Positions 12,750 through 25,868 of a stretch of DNA of 64,000 nt are shown here, piece by piece. A model generated the notes under the pieces. That model saw only the letters and a program-made list of their open reading frames with translations, was not told the origin of the DNA and ran no database searches. Within the stretch, counting starts at the first letter, position 1; every line of letters starts with the position of its first letter. Source of the stretch: Eledone cirrhosa. Lineage: Eukaryota. The stretch is from the NCBI GenBank assembly GCA_964016885.1, contig OZ024745.1, positions 117,242,001-117,306,000 on the forward strand, written 5' to 3'. The position numbers were made by a program, and so were the translations under genes.

Positions 12750-13065
12750 GATATGTATGTATGGTGCCATAATTCCTGAAGGAGTGGTAGGAGCACCATA
12801 CTGACTTACGTTTTGGGGGCATTTTTAAACCAGGCAGAGCCCATCTCTCCAGGTCTGAATACAGCAGATTTCTTCCAGAGAAGGATAGAGAGAGATATAG
12901 AGGAAGAATCGACCCCAGCACAAGACTGATACTTCTTTATCGACCTTAAATGGATGAAAGGCGAAGTTGACCTCAGCAGGGTTTCAACTCGGAGAGTAAA
13001 GAGTCGGTACGAATACTTCAGAGCATTCTATCCGACATTCTAACAACTCTGCCAATTTTTTGCCT
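12750..13065 (-). mobile_element. SINE family C copy
   Basis: Colinear with 8815-9165. Confidence 0.7.
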
Positions 13066-13206
13066 AACACAAAAAGTTCTAAATTGTTGTAGCATGAGAT
13101 GAACTAGAAACTCATGTTTCCAGTGACGAAGGAAGAAATAATCCAGAGCAACAGCTTATAATGGAAAGGAGAGAATGATAAGTTGAAGATAAGTGATGGA
13201 ATTTAC

Positions 13207-13349
13207 CTGTATAAAACTAACAACACCAAATGGTGTTAGAATTGGTTGTAGCTGTACATCTTCTGTCATAAGCATATGCTGTACACGAGATTCACTGCCA
13301 TCCAACGGAGCATGCCAAGACACATGGTCACCACTACAGAGGATATTTT
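13207..13349 (-). CDS. SUFU: SUFU coding exon 4
   Basis: tcaacag|AA, ENILCSGDHVSWHAPLDGSESRVQHMLMTEDVQLQPILTPFGVVSFIQ, donor CAG|GTAAAT; 143 nt. Confidence 0.97.
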
Positions 13350-14559
13350 CTGTTGAAAAAAGATAATAATTGTTATTTGTTACATGAATTGCAATGGTTG
13401 GGGCATATAAAAAGATGCAGTTTGTTTCTGTATAGTATTGTAGTACAGTGCACTAAAATATATCATCATTTAACATCCATTTTTCCTGCTAACAAGTGGA
13501 TGGATTATCACTGATCAAGTCAATAATTACCTGGAGTTATTGACCTCTCAGATGGGGCAGGAGTACTACATCTCACATACATTCTCATGCTGTACAGAGT
13601 GTACTGGATGTAATTCACTGTGAAACCAACATTAGGGAAGTTGTCTTATCTTTGACACAACTGAAAAATTCTCTCGACCCTTAGTTTGGCATGGTTTCTA
13701 CAGTTGTACGCTCCTCTCTTCATTGACTACTCTACAATATGTTCTAGGTACATTTTTCATGGTACCAACTTGGAAGAAACTATTAGTCATTGACCCAACT
13801 GAAGGGTCCGCTCAACCCTTTTAGGCATGGTTTCTACAGCTGGAAGCCATTCCTAACACTAACCACTTTACAGAGTGTGTTTTATGGTGGCACTAGTTTG
13901 TTGTCATTGCCTTGACTGAGGAGACCTTTCTACCTTATGGGGGTTGATGACTTGTATGATGTTGAGGGGAAGGTGAGGGAGGAGGTAAGAAGGGTGAGGG
14001 AGGAGGATGACATGTAATGTTATGGGCATATGACAAATGTGGTGGGGTTGAAAGGGCTGATGTAGGAGTTAACAGGTTGATGTGCAAATGGATGGGGGAA
14101 GAGATGGTATAGCGAAGAGAATAGTTATTAAAGCTGGGAGTGATCCTTCTTAGAGGGTGGCGGGTTGAGGGAGGTGTCCAATGAGGGCGTGGGGACATCT
14201 TTATTGACTTAAGTGAAGAGCTTTTTCTACCTTTGGGGTGCAATAGAATGGGAGTAGGTAAGAAGGATGATAGAGTAACATTAGATGGGAGGAGGAAGAG
14301 ATGATATCAAGGGTGTATGACAAGTCTGGTTAGGTTTAAAGGAGTGGTGGGAGTTAGCTGAGAGAGAGTGAGAGCGTTTTGCGGATACAGGAGTATGACT
14401 GTTGGGACTTTAAAGAAATGGTAGTGATCTTGGATAGAGTAGCTGTACAATGATGGTGGAACTAGTTACTGTACTTAATCCTATAGTATTTTAACATACT
14501 ATATTGCTTTGTATACTGCCATAATAAAATCAAACATATTATACTATTTTATACAATAC

Positions 14560-15720
14560 TATGAGGTCTGGTAAAAACATATCTGACCTTGGGAGGAGGC
14601 TGGGGTTACATACTTGCTAATGCCTTTTAAAGTGGGCCCCTTCAGCCTCCACACACTTAACGCAGCAATCCTTCCACTATATAACAAACATCTGGAACAT
14701 TTCTTAGGGAATTGTTCTCAGTTCTACAGTTACAGTCCACATGATGTCCTCTCAGTTCTACAGTTACAGTCCACATGATGTCCTCTCAGTTCTACAGTTA
14801 CAGTCAACATGATGTCCTCTCAGTTCTACAGTTACAGTCCACATGATGTCCTCTCAGTTCTACAGTTACAGTCAACATGATGTCCTCTCAGTTCTACACT
14901 TACAGTCCACATGATGTCCTCTCAGTTCTACAGTTACAGTCCACATGATGTCCTCTCAGTTCTACAGTTACAGTCAACATGATGTCCTCTCATTTCTACA
15001 GTTACAGTCTGTAAGATGTCTTCGCAGCTCTCAAAGTGGGAGACTTTCAGTGGCATCTTCAGTTTTTGGAATAACCATGTTTAGAGAGTAAAAAGCCTAG
15101 CAAATGAGTGAAATACTTTTTCTTTTGCCAAAAAACCTTGGACCAGCTGCAACAAATAAGCCACGACATTGTCATGATGCAGCTGCTAGTTTCACAAGGT
15201 CCACAAATCAAGTCTGTTGCACCAAACTGCATCACAAAGATGTCAGAGGACTTCCTGATATTATTCCTTTATAACTATTTGTCCTTCTGGTGCATATTCA
15301 TGATGTACAACACCTTCATAGTCAAAGAAAAGAGTCAGCATCACCTTGATTTTTCTCCGTACCTGACATGCTTCTTGAGCTTTGGTTTGTTGGAATATTC
15401 CACTGTGATGACTGAACCTTAGTTTCTGGTTCCTACCTGTACACCCACATCTCATCCCCAGTTAATACAGTATTCAGAAACTCAGGATCCTTCTTGGCAG
15501 TAGTATCCAGTAGGTCCTGTGCAACCTCAAGACAACGTTGTGCTTGTTGTCCTGAGAAAGCAACTTCAGCACAAAGGTTGCTTTACTGATCTGAACCTCA
15601 TCACAGATTTCCTGTACCATCAAATAACAATCTTCAATTATCCAGGTCTACACTATCTCAATAACAACTGCATTGCTGCTTCTTGACGGCCTCTCCACCA
15701 TGGTTTGTGGTCACCTTTAA
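14560..15720 (-). mobile_element. Decayed mariner transposon
   Basis: KIKVMLTLFFDYEGVVHHEYAPEGQIV and C-terminal WKDCCVKCVEAEGAHF are mariner transposase motifs; TIR-like tatgaggtctggtaaaaa at ~14560; many stops. Confidence 0.8.
14717..15010. repeat. 34-bp minisatellite (~8.6 copies) inside the mariner relic
   Basis: Unit ctcagttctacagttacagtccacatgatgtcct, period 34. Confidence 0.95.
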
Positions 15721-16106
15721 ACCTATTATACCACATTGGTCGTGTGGAAACAAGAGACCAGCATGCATGGGCGACACTGGTCTTCTACAAACAACCTTGC
15801 TCCCTTGGAGGGAAATTTTCTAGGTGTAAAACTATGGTCATTCGTAACCAAAGGGGGCCTACTTCAATGTACTATACAATACCATCTTTTATAGTTATTG
15901 TGCTACAGTGTAACTGAGAAAAGATAGTGTCAAGATAGCTGCATATTACCAAGCATTGACTTTCTACATAATCCTGAGCATCTGTGACAAAAACACTGTG
16001 TCTTAAAAGTCAGATATGTTTTAAAATATAAAATAGGTCTAACTGTTGCCTTATTGGATAATCAATATGAAACAATTACTTCAGGCCACGGATGATGAGC
16101 AAATAC

Positions 16107-16246
16107 CTGATTGAAAGACATAACGTCCTAATGATTGCATTAGAGCAGCAGGCCATGTCGGAGGATTTGTTTCTCCAGGTTCTCGTCGTAGCCTAAATGT
16201 GAGCTCAAAACCAAATCCACTTGGGCCATCGTTATTGGTACTCCTC
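16107..16246 (-). CDS. SUFU: SUFU coding exon 3
   Basis: ttctag|G, RSTNNDGPSGFGFELTFRLRREPGETNPPTWPAALMQSLGRYVFQS, donor G|GTATTT; 140 nt. Confidence 0.97.
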
Positions 16247-18526
16247 CTAGAAGGAATTGAAAAACAACAACAATGATTAAGTTATTTCAAGAAATGAAAC
16301 ATTTCAAAATATTTTTTAAAAAGTCTGTCACTGGGGTAAATAGTCTTGAAGGCAAGGGGTCATTTTGTGGCTAAATGTTATTACTGATGTCATCTACTCT
16401 GAAAACAGTGAATCAGCAGATTCATTAGAACATTCGGTAGAATGCTTTATGGTTTTTGTTTCAGCTTTCTACACTCGGAGTTTAAATTATGCTGAGGTCA
16501 ATTTTGCCTTTCATCTTTTCAAGTTTGATAAATTAAATACTGGCATCCATTCATCCTATATGTCTATTTCTCACTTCCTTTTTTATTACTCTCTCTCTCT
16601 CCTTCTCTGAGAGAAATCAGCTATGTTCAGACATGGAAAGAGATGGGTTCCACCAGGTTTAAATGCCCAAGACCCACCAAACGTCATGACGGCATCCCTA
16701 CGGCTCCATCAGGAGTTATTGGTCCATGATGATTATCTACTGATGATAACCATAATAAGCAGAGATGTGTAACTTGTTCAATGACTGACAAAACTGTAAT
16801 AACATGGAGTATAACATTTCTTCACAAGTATTTCTTCTTATAGCAGAAAGGTCTAGTAAACATATCACCTCTCATGACAAACACATCTACTATATAAAGT
16901 TACATCACAAAGATTGTGTTTCTCTTTGCTCTGCTCTAACATGCATCTTGAGATTACATCATACATTTATATTCCAGACTAAGGGTGGGAAGCTTTTTCC
17001 TGCAATCAAATTTTCCCAGGTTCAAATGTTAAACTCACCATCAAAGACTTTAACCTTTAGCACGCTAGAAATTGTTATGAATTACTTCCCTTGACATTGT
17101 ATTAAGGGGAGATTACTCTATTGGTGACATAATGCACCTAGAGCATGCTGAACGTTAAAAGCCTCATTTGAAAAAGACAGTTTAGGTCTTAAGATCAAAT
17201 TGAATGTAAGTTGCATGCCTATGAATTTGTAAAATTAAAGAACTATATTATTTTCAGTCTAAATTTGCCCACTGCCTCCACCCAGGGTTTTATGCACATG
17301 TAATTTGTTCTTGGTAGTAAACAATTTCCCCACAAATCTGTTCTAGACTGTATTCATAAAATGAAAATCCTCTGCTTAATAAGCAACCATCACAACCTAT
17401 TACTCTTCAATTACTTTCTCCTCATCAAATTGTGTCCACTTTATCTCTTCTATTCCATCTACCAAGCCTCATTCAACATCTTTGTTGCACATAAGCATTT
17501 TTTATTGGCATTCCTCCCTAAAACAGCATCCCTTTGGCTTTTTATCTATATTTACATTCTTTTCACTGAACCAGTGATTTTCAAATGTTCAAATAACATT
17601 AACCATTGTTTTAGCATCAACTAGTTCATAGCTACCAGATGATACATATGGAAATTTATACACCTCTTCAAAGTTTTAGTTTTACAGTGTGTATTCAGTT
17701 TAGAATAGTTACACCTTACCCTACATATCGTAGGAAATGACAAAAAGGGTTGGAACCAGAAAGGCCATCCAGTTGTGAACACTTGCCTAAAAAAAAGCCT
17801 CATGATGAGTGTGATTAGACCTGCAATAGGGCTCACAATGACCCCCTGCTTTACTAGAGAAAAAGGCCTTACTAGTTGTAATGTGATATTTTTGTATTCC
17901 CTTATCCCTACAACACAGAAACACAACACAGGACAGTTATCATCATCATCATTTTACATCCATCTTTCCATGGTTTGGAAAGGCCTTTTCCTCCATAGCC
18001 TCTCTCCACCTACTGTGATACTTCATCATCCTTTCTATGAAGTTCAGTGATTTGTGATCAGTCCTCACCATTTCAGCCCAGGTTTTCCCCGGACTACCTC
18101 TTCTGCAGCTTCCTTCATCCAACAATCATCATCCATACTCATTACGTCCACATCAGCACAATCTTCTCTCCTGCCTAGTTTTTCTTTCAGCTCAGCCAAA
18201 CTGAAAGTAATTGCTTGATGACAATTGACTGATTCTCACATAAAGCCACCCCCTACCATGTACAATACTCACATGTATACACAGCCCTGTATACACGGTT
18301 GACCCTCATATTCTGAGTTGAGCTGATCATGATATTGGCTAGATGCCCTTCAAATCCCTGACCACCTTACAGCTTGGACTCGGTGTCACCAGCATTAGAG
18401 ATGTCGTCAACTAGGATCTGAGAACCTTCTCTACCTTGTTTGAGTTTTTATTCAGAGTAACTGAAAAATAAACAGAAAAACCTGGGAAAAAGTTAAATAT
18501 GTTGAATGTTCTGTGATCTTCGAGTC

Positions 18527-18830
18527 CAGTGGTTCTAACCTGGGGTGCCAGCACTCACAAAGGATGCAAGATTCAGTTCTGTGGGTGCAATGAGTGGTCC
18601 AGAAAAACAACTTTTTTTATTTTACTTTTCATCATTCAGTGTTTCATAGCTTTCCATTCGTATTTATTAATCACAGTAGTTAATTAATAATATAGTAGCA
18701 GCTAACTAGCTGATAATTTGAGCTGAACATTCAAGTCCTTTTGTCTTATATGCTAGGTCTAGGGGAAAAAAAGGGGGGGGGGGGTAAAACATCAAGCGGA
18801 GCCATAATAGAAAAACGTTAAGAACCACTG
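18527..18830. mobile_element. hAT-type MITE
   Basis: TIRs cagtggttct...agaaccactg; degenerate 8-bp TSD ttcgagtc/atttagtc. Confidence 0.7.
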
Positions 18831-19247
18831 ATTTAGTCATTAAAACATATTTTAATATCAGAGAAAGAAAAAACTTCAATTAAGATGAAGTAATTATATA
18901 AACATGTATAACTGATGTTATATATTAACCTCGCTAATTCTTTCACTACTGCTTTTATTATTTTTATATTTTAAATATACATATTTTCACCACCATACCA
19001 TGATAAAATAACCAAAGTTGCTGTGTGAGGACATGCATGTGTATATGTATGTGTTGCTTGCTAACAAAGATCAAATTTTCCCGTATGTAAATCAATTGTG
19101 AAATTAATTAATTTGGGGGAAATGATTACCCTTTTTCTCTGAGAGCCCCTAACAATTATCATTAAGTTTCTGTTTTAAGTTTCTATGGAGGAAATTTCAA
19201 TTAATTGGGAATATTTTGTATACACCATTGAATACATCACCATTTAT

Positions 19248-19650
19248 CATCATCATCGTTTTTACGTCCGCTTTCCATGCTCGTATGGGTTGGACAGGTC
19301 CTTTGTCATCTCTGTGAGACTCAGCAATTTGAGGTCAGCTCTCACAATCTCTGCCCAGGTCTTTCTTGGTCTAAATCTACAACTTCCTTCCACTGGCATT
19401 TCCTAGCACTTCTTCACCCAACGGTTATTGTCCATGCACATCACATGCCCAAACCAACACAGTCTTCTCTCCTGCACACTATCTCAGATTCCTCTTAATC
19501 CCAGCTTCTCCCTCAACTCATCAAAGCTCTGCCTTTCTTACATTTACATTGCACATCCAACAAAGCATGGTTGCTTCATTTCTCTCCAGTCTATGCACAT
19601 CCTCTGCCATCACAGCCATGCAGCACCACACTTCGCACACATGCATATAT
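19248..19650 (-). mobile_element. Decayed RTE LINE 3' fragment
   Basis: Reverse complement aligns to ~21030-21480 (LERNEA..L.WMC.V, WVKKC, RPRKTWAE) with (GAT)n tail. Confidence 0.85.
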
Positions 19651-19747
19651 TAAATGTTTTCTAAATCCTCCTCCCACCATTATTAATGAGAGAAATAAAA
19701 TCATGAAATAAAAAAAAGTATCAAAATAAAACAATAATTTTACGTAC

Positions 19748-19882
19748 TCATGGACACGGCCATCACCATGGAGATCAGATAATCCAAAGCTAATGTAATG
19801 CCAATGGGGAGGGATGTTTCTGTTTGGATCACCAGAGTTAGCATACATGCTGATATAGTCCAGAGGATCAGGTCCACCTAAC
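19748..19882 (-). CDS. SUFU: SUFU coding exon 2
   Basis: ttttag|G, then LGGPDPLDYISMYANSGDPNRNIPPHWHYISFGLSDLHGDGRVHE, donor GA|GTACGT; 135 nt. Confidence 0.97.
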
Positions 19883-19982
19883 CTAAAAGAAGAAAAATGT
19901 AAAATCAAGTTTCATTCCCATGAAAAAAAAGAATTCAGTTCTTGGTTTCAAATGTCTTTGGTCAGCTACTTTCTTTATATTA

Positions 19983-20321
19983 CTCTTGGGTCCCAAATAA
20001 TGGGTGGGGGTGGAATAAGCAGGGAGGGGGTATGAAAATCAGTAACTTTTCTAGGTTGACTCCATTGATTTCTTAAAAACAAGAATTAGACATTTAATTG
20101 ACATATTGAGACCCCAACCCATCTTATTTATTTTATAACATGGGATTTCTGGTAATGTACTTTTTTGTCATGTAGAATGTCTGAAGAAAATTGTCATAGG
20201 AACGCTACCACTTAAAATAAAATTTTGCCAGAAATAGATTAGCAAAATTTAATTTGTGGGGTGTTGGAAAAAATCTGAAAAATTAATAGCAGTGGAGATG
20301 CGATTATTCAAGACCCAAGAT
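19983..20321. mobile_element. TA-flanked MITE (Tc1/mariner type)
   Basis: TIRs ctcttgggtcccaaataat / attattcaagacccaaga; TA flanks; inverted homologue at 35516-35915. Confidence 0.75.
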
Positions 20322-20867
20322 TACATGAATTTCAAATAAAAGAACGTATTATTTCAACATTTAACATTCAAATCAACTGAATCTTGTAATCATAAGAACT
20401 ACTGTCTGTTTAAAAATCTGCCATTCTTACATTGTTTATACTCTTCAACACCATTCTAATAAATATTGCCTGTACAGGTAATCAAAGTGTGTATACATTT
20501 TTTTTTTTTTGGGGGGGGGGGGGGGGGGGTCATCTTGTGTGTATGACTCATAAACACTAAAAAGCTTTTTAAAAGTCAACTATTGCATTCTAAAGTGGTC
20601 TAATGTGAGATACGGCCAATAATGGCCTGGAAGTGATTCTGACCATCAACAACATCAGGAGGACATTCTGGTTAGGGACTATGGACAATTTCTAAAACTC
20701 TTTGTGCCGGCAAAATTACAGGTAGTGGAAGCTTTACCTGTTTGGATAAACTCCACAGGTATAGCTGTCAGACCTGTCCAAGTTGCTTGCAGTGTGACAA
20801 AAGCCTCAAGCATATACAAAGTCAATATTCATACATTGTTGATTTGCAGGCTTATGATGTTAAACAT

Positions 20868-21472
20868 CTATGATAGCTTCCGGTACCTAGGAGATCAGAT
20901 TAGCATGGGAGGAGGGTGTTCCAAGGCCATAGTATCTAGAATAAGGACGGGTTGGAAGAAGTTTAGGGAGCTGCTTCCTCTGTTGACGAAGAAGGGTTTC
21001 TCCCTGCGTACGAAAGGCCGGTTGTATGATGCCTGTGTGAGGAGCGCGATGCTGCATGGTAGTGAGACATGGGCAGCAACCGCAGAAGATATGCGACGGC
21101 TGGAGAGAAATGAGGCAAGCATGCTCCGTTGGATGTGCAGTGTAAATGTGCGTGAACGACCCAGCATAAATGTGTTGAGAGAGAAACTGTGTCTGAGAGG
21201 GATAGAATGTAGTGTACGGGAGAGGAGACTGAGGTGGTATGGACATGTGATGCACATGGAGGATGACCGATGGGTGAAGAAGTGCCAGGAAATGCCAGTT
21301 GAAGGAAGACGTGGTAGAGGTAGACCACGAAAAACATGGGCGGAGGTGGTGAGAACAGACCTCAGATCATTGAAGCTCACGGTGGAGATGACGAGGGACC
21401 GTGACGAGTGGAGAGATGCTGTGCTGAATAAGACCCGTCCCACCCTTGCAAGCAGGGAAAAGCGGACGTAAA

Positions 21473-21510
<38 letters not shown>
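20868..21510 (+). mobile_element. 5'-truncated young RTE LINE with intact ORF C-terminus
   Basis: Uninterrupted ~200 aa DSFRYLGD...KGRLYDACVRSAMLHGSETW...RRLRWYGHV...GRGRPRKTW..., stop, then (GAT)n. Confidence 0.92.
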
Positions 21511-21844
21511 CATGTGCATGGCAGATCTGGCTATAAACTAACTCTACTGTGCAGATCAAGCTACCATTTTTCTTTGACACAAAAGAGTGAGTACTCTTCT
21601 TCTGCCTGGTGGTTCTGGAGAAGGAAACCATGTAGCGGACACAGTCAAAAGGTTTGAGATCAGGACTTTTCTTCTCAACCTATAAGCCCTCACCAACTTC
21701 TTCAAGTAATACTGGAGGAGCAAGATGAGAGTAGAGAGGGAGGTCCTGCCTTCCAGTAAATTCTGTTTAAAGTGAGCAAGAGTTGTCAATTGTTAATGTT
21801 GGTGCCTTGTTGGTTTCTACAGTCTGATGCATTTCCTAATGCCA

Positions 21845-22125
21845 ACCATTTTACAGAGTGTACTGAGGGCTTTTTATCATGACACCTACATGACCACTTT
21901 ACAGAATGTACTGGGTGCTTTTTATCACGACACCTACATGACCACTTTACAGAGTGTACTGGGTGCTTTTTATCACGACACCTACATGACCACTTTACAG
22001 TGTGTAGTGAGTGCTTTTTGTCATGACACCTACATAATCACTTTACAGTGTGTAGTGGGTGCTTTTTGTCGTAGTACCTATATGACCACTTTACAGTGAA
22101 GACTGGGTGCATTTTGTCATGGCAC
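21845..22125. repeat. 48-bp tandem repeat (~6 copies) from the RTE 3' UTR module
   Basis: atgaccactttacagagtgtactgggtgctttttatcacgacacctac repeated; the same module occurs in low copy in other RTE-tail elements (29720-29850, 31190-31320, 54440-54530). Confidence 0.85.
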
Positions 22126-22819
22126 CAAAAACAACCACATATATATCATCATCATCGTTTAACGCCCATCTTCCATGCTAGCATGGGTTAGACGGTTTTG
22201 TTCAAATTGGTGCGGGAATGGTCGGGAGAACATGCCTCACTCGCACAGAAGTGTCTCTGGCAGGTTTTTTACAGCTGGATGCCCTTCCTAACACCAACCA
22301 CATTTACAGTGTTGACTGGGAGCCTTTTCACCATGTCTCCTACACGGCCACCTTACAATGTGGACTGTTGTGTGATCAACACAGTGGACAGGTAGAGGTA
22401 TGGGGATGGGGTGTACATATATATATATATATATATATAAAAAGCATCCAGCCCACACCTCAAATTTTTAGCGACATTGTGCTTTTTATTATTTGATTTG
22501 AACCAGTGGAACTTTAAATTTGCGTTGTGATCTGTTTTGTTTTTTTCTTCTTTTAGGTGGTTTAATGAAAATGAGCCCCGCTAGGTGGAGTCAGCATATC
22601 TCCCTCACTGTCCTCCAAGTCAAATTTTCCATCCTGTTGGCCAGGACCCAGTGGCAGATGGCAAATTAGTTGGTGGTGGAGGATACCTGTTCAGACATCA
22701 CTCCAACAACTAAAGTATATTTACACAAGAAAATAAATTATCTCTGTTCAAATAATTAGTGAAAGTGTGAGCCACAGTTGTTTCTCCTTAGTCAGAAGAA
22801 GTAGCTACATTTCTTGTGA

Positions 22820-22930
22820 GGAATCTAGCCAAGGCCCCCACCATCTTACCTCTTGCACACAACACACATCAACATATCCCCACCCCAACATCTCTACAAT
22901 TTCTATTGTACTGACATGCACCCCAGAAGT
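22820..22930 (-). mobile_element. RTE AP-endonuclease N-terminal fragment
   Basis: IEIVEMLGWGYVDVCCVQEVRWWG. Confidence 0.65.
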
Positions 22931-23444
22931 TTTGAACCTGTTGTGGAAGTGCCTTGGGTGTGTACACCTTAAGCACCTAAAAACATATTCTTTGTCATTG
23001 CTTGCCAACTGATAGAGGGTTCTTGCACATGGTCACATGTTTCCAGTTAAAGACAACTGTAATCTATCTGGCCAGGACATACACTGAGGATATTCAACCA
23101 GGCCTAAACCAGGGGTTCTGTCATAATATGTACACATGTATAAATCCACGCATGTAATCATCATCATCATTTAACGTCAATGGGTTAGAAGAAATATATG
23201 TATACACTGCATGCATATATGATGGCTGCAAACACTGCTAAAAGTATTGCAATCGCATGTCAGATTCAGATGTGTGACGCTCGGATATGGCTTTTTAAGC
23301 CTGCTAGAGACTTGCACTCCTTTGCACATTGACAATAACTATGGATCTCCCTGGCCTCAGGTCTTGCATCAGGTTGCCTGTGAACCTTCACAATACCATG
23401 GAGATCATAGTTCACTGGTTCTCTTTGAACATGGCTGCCACCGT

Positions 23445-24425
23445 ATATACAGTATATACATATGTATGTGCCATACAGTATATACATATGTATGTGCCAT
23501 ACAGTATATACATATGTATGTGCCATACAGTATATACATATGCATGTGCCATACAGTATATACATATGTATGTGCCATACAGTATATACATATGTATGTG
23601 CCATACAGTATATACATATGTATGTGCCATACAGTATATACATATGTATGTGCCATACAGTATATACATATGTATGTACCATACAGTATATACATATGTA
23701 TGTGCCATACAGTATATACATATGCATGTGCCATACAGTATATACATATGTATGTGCCATACAGTATATACATATGTATGTGCCATACAGTATATACATA
23801 TGTATGTGCCATACAGTATATACATATGTATGTGCCATACAGTATATACATATGTATGTGCCATACAGTATATACATATGTATGTGCCATACAGTATATA
23901 CATATGTATGTACCATACAGTATATACATATGTATGTGCCATACAGTATATACATATGTATGTGTCATACAGTATATATATATGTATGTGCCATACAGTA
24001 TATACATATGTATGTACCATACAGTATATACATATGTATGTGCCATACAGTATATACATATGTATGTGCCATACAGTATATACATATGTATGTACCATAC
24101 AGTATATACATATGTATGTGCCATACAGTATATACATATGTGCCATACAGTATATACATATGTATGTACCATACAGTATATACATATGTATGTACCATAC
24201 AGTATATACATATGTATGTGCCATACAGTATATACATATGTATGTGCCATACAGTATATACATATGGATGTGCCATACAGTATATACATATGTATGTGCC
24301 ATACAGTATATACATATGTATGTGCCATACAGTATATACATATGGATGTGCCATACAGTATATACATATGGATGTGCCATACAGTATATACATATGTATG
24401 TGCCATACAGTATATACATATGGAT
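23445..24425. repeat. 26-bp minisatellite, ~37 copies
   Basis: Unit ccatacagtatatacatatgtatgtg with internal palindrome atacatatgtat. Confidence 0.97.
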
Positions 24426-25628
24426 GTAGACGCAAACAAAAAAAAACATTGTAAGGATATACACCTATTCTAGTGAGTGCACATGGGTGCATGATGCAGG
24501 CCCACCCCATACATGTGACCAATATACACATACATGCACACATATACATACATATACACACCCATACGCATACACATATATATATATATATATTTTTCAA
24601 CATAAACAAGCATACATATGTATTCAAACACAAACATACATGTACATACACACATACCTATAAACTACATAAGGTGAGAGTGGGCAGAGTTCTAAGATTG
24701 GATACTAACTAGTCAAGGGAGTAAAGTCTTGTTCAGGAAATGTGATGAAGGTTAGAGTGGGTGAAGTGAAGGGAGATGGTTAGAGTGGGTATATATATAT
24801 AATTAATTAATTAATTTAATTAGATGATTCCATTGATTGATTAATTATTTATGTTTGTTTAATAATTCTGGTTGAGAGCTTATTCGGCATGTTGAACAGA
24901 ATCAATTCCTTTGTTCACATTTTGAATTTGTCTGCCAAAAACCCGGATGTTACTTCCTCTGCTGGAGAATGAACATGTGACAGCGAGGCAGTGTCTGCTA
25001 CTACAGTAGTAATTTACTGCTACACTTCACACTGGTCTTAGACACAGAACGGAAACCTGTTGATAACGTGAGTCCCCGTTTTGGACTACAATTACCAAAG
25101 ACTTGTGTATTGCGCAAGTCGGATTGTTGATTTTGGATTCATAGAAACCAATTGAGGATATTATGTAATACCCTTTCGATATGGTCCAGGTTTGTTATAT
25201 AACCCGATTGTATTTTGTTGTTGTGGTGGCTTCTGTGGCTATGTCCCCTAACCACAGTTTTCAATTTGTCACGCTATTTAACGTATGTTTCTTATTCTAA
25301 GGCATAACTTATCGATTTATCGATACATCCTTATTGAGTGCTTTGTGCAAATCCAAATTGCTACTTCGAGGATATTGTCCAACTGCCATAACTTCGATTT
25401 CACTAACCTTCCACTCGTATTGATGGGTATGGACCAACTCGAGAGCTGCAAATCGTTACAGATTTTCCAGGGCCGCCCACCACCATCCCTACACGCCCTT
25501 TCACCACTTGTTTCATTTTAATTTTTTTACCCTCTTTTTAATTTTTTTCCCTTCCCTTTAACCCCTCCCCCCTTTTAATGTCTTTCCACCACTCCCCTCA
25601 CACCCTCGGAACTCTTTTCCTTCCCACT

Positions 25629-25668
25629 TTTCTCCTGATGAAGGGCTTATGCCCGAAACGTCGTCCCC
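25629..25668 (+). ncRNA. Minimal type-I hammerhead ribozyme motif (HHR-1)
   Basis: CUGAUGA-A-GGGC-uuau-GCCC-GAAAC-GUC; stem II perfect, minimal stem III as in PLE hammerheads; stem I not evident. Confidence 0.55.
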
Positions 25669-25868
25669 CACCTCCCACTCTCAAGCGTGAACCTAATACT
25701 AACACTGTTTGTACTGCACTCTTCATTGTTGATTTTTTTTTTTGTTTTAACTTATATATATATATATATACAAGGTTTATATATAAGTTATTCCGGGTTG
25801 AATCGGAGGTAACCACAGTAAGTAAGGTACTCAATACATAGCAGAGTATAAATGTTTTCATATAGAAG

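Noticed and set aside
20704-20867. N-terminal part of the 255-aa ORF as a host gene
   Set aside because: Chance in-frame flank upstream of a 5'-truncated RTE; similarity begins only at ~20868
23247-24651. Multiple 230-408-aa ORFs on both strands
   Set aside because: Artefacts of the 26-bp minisatellite
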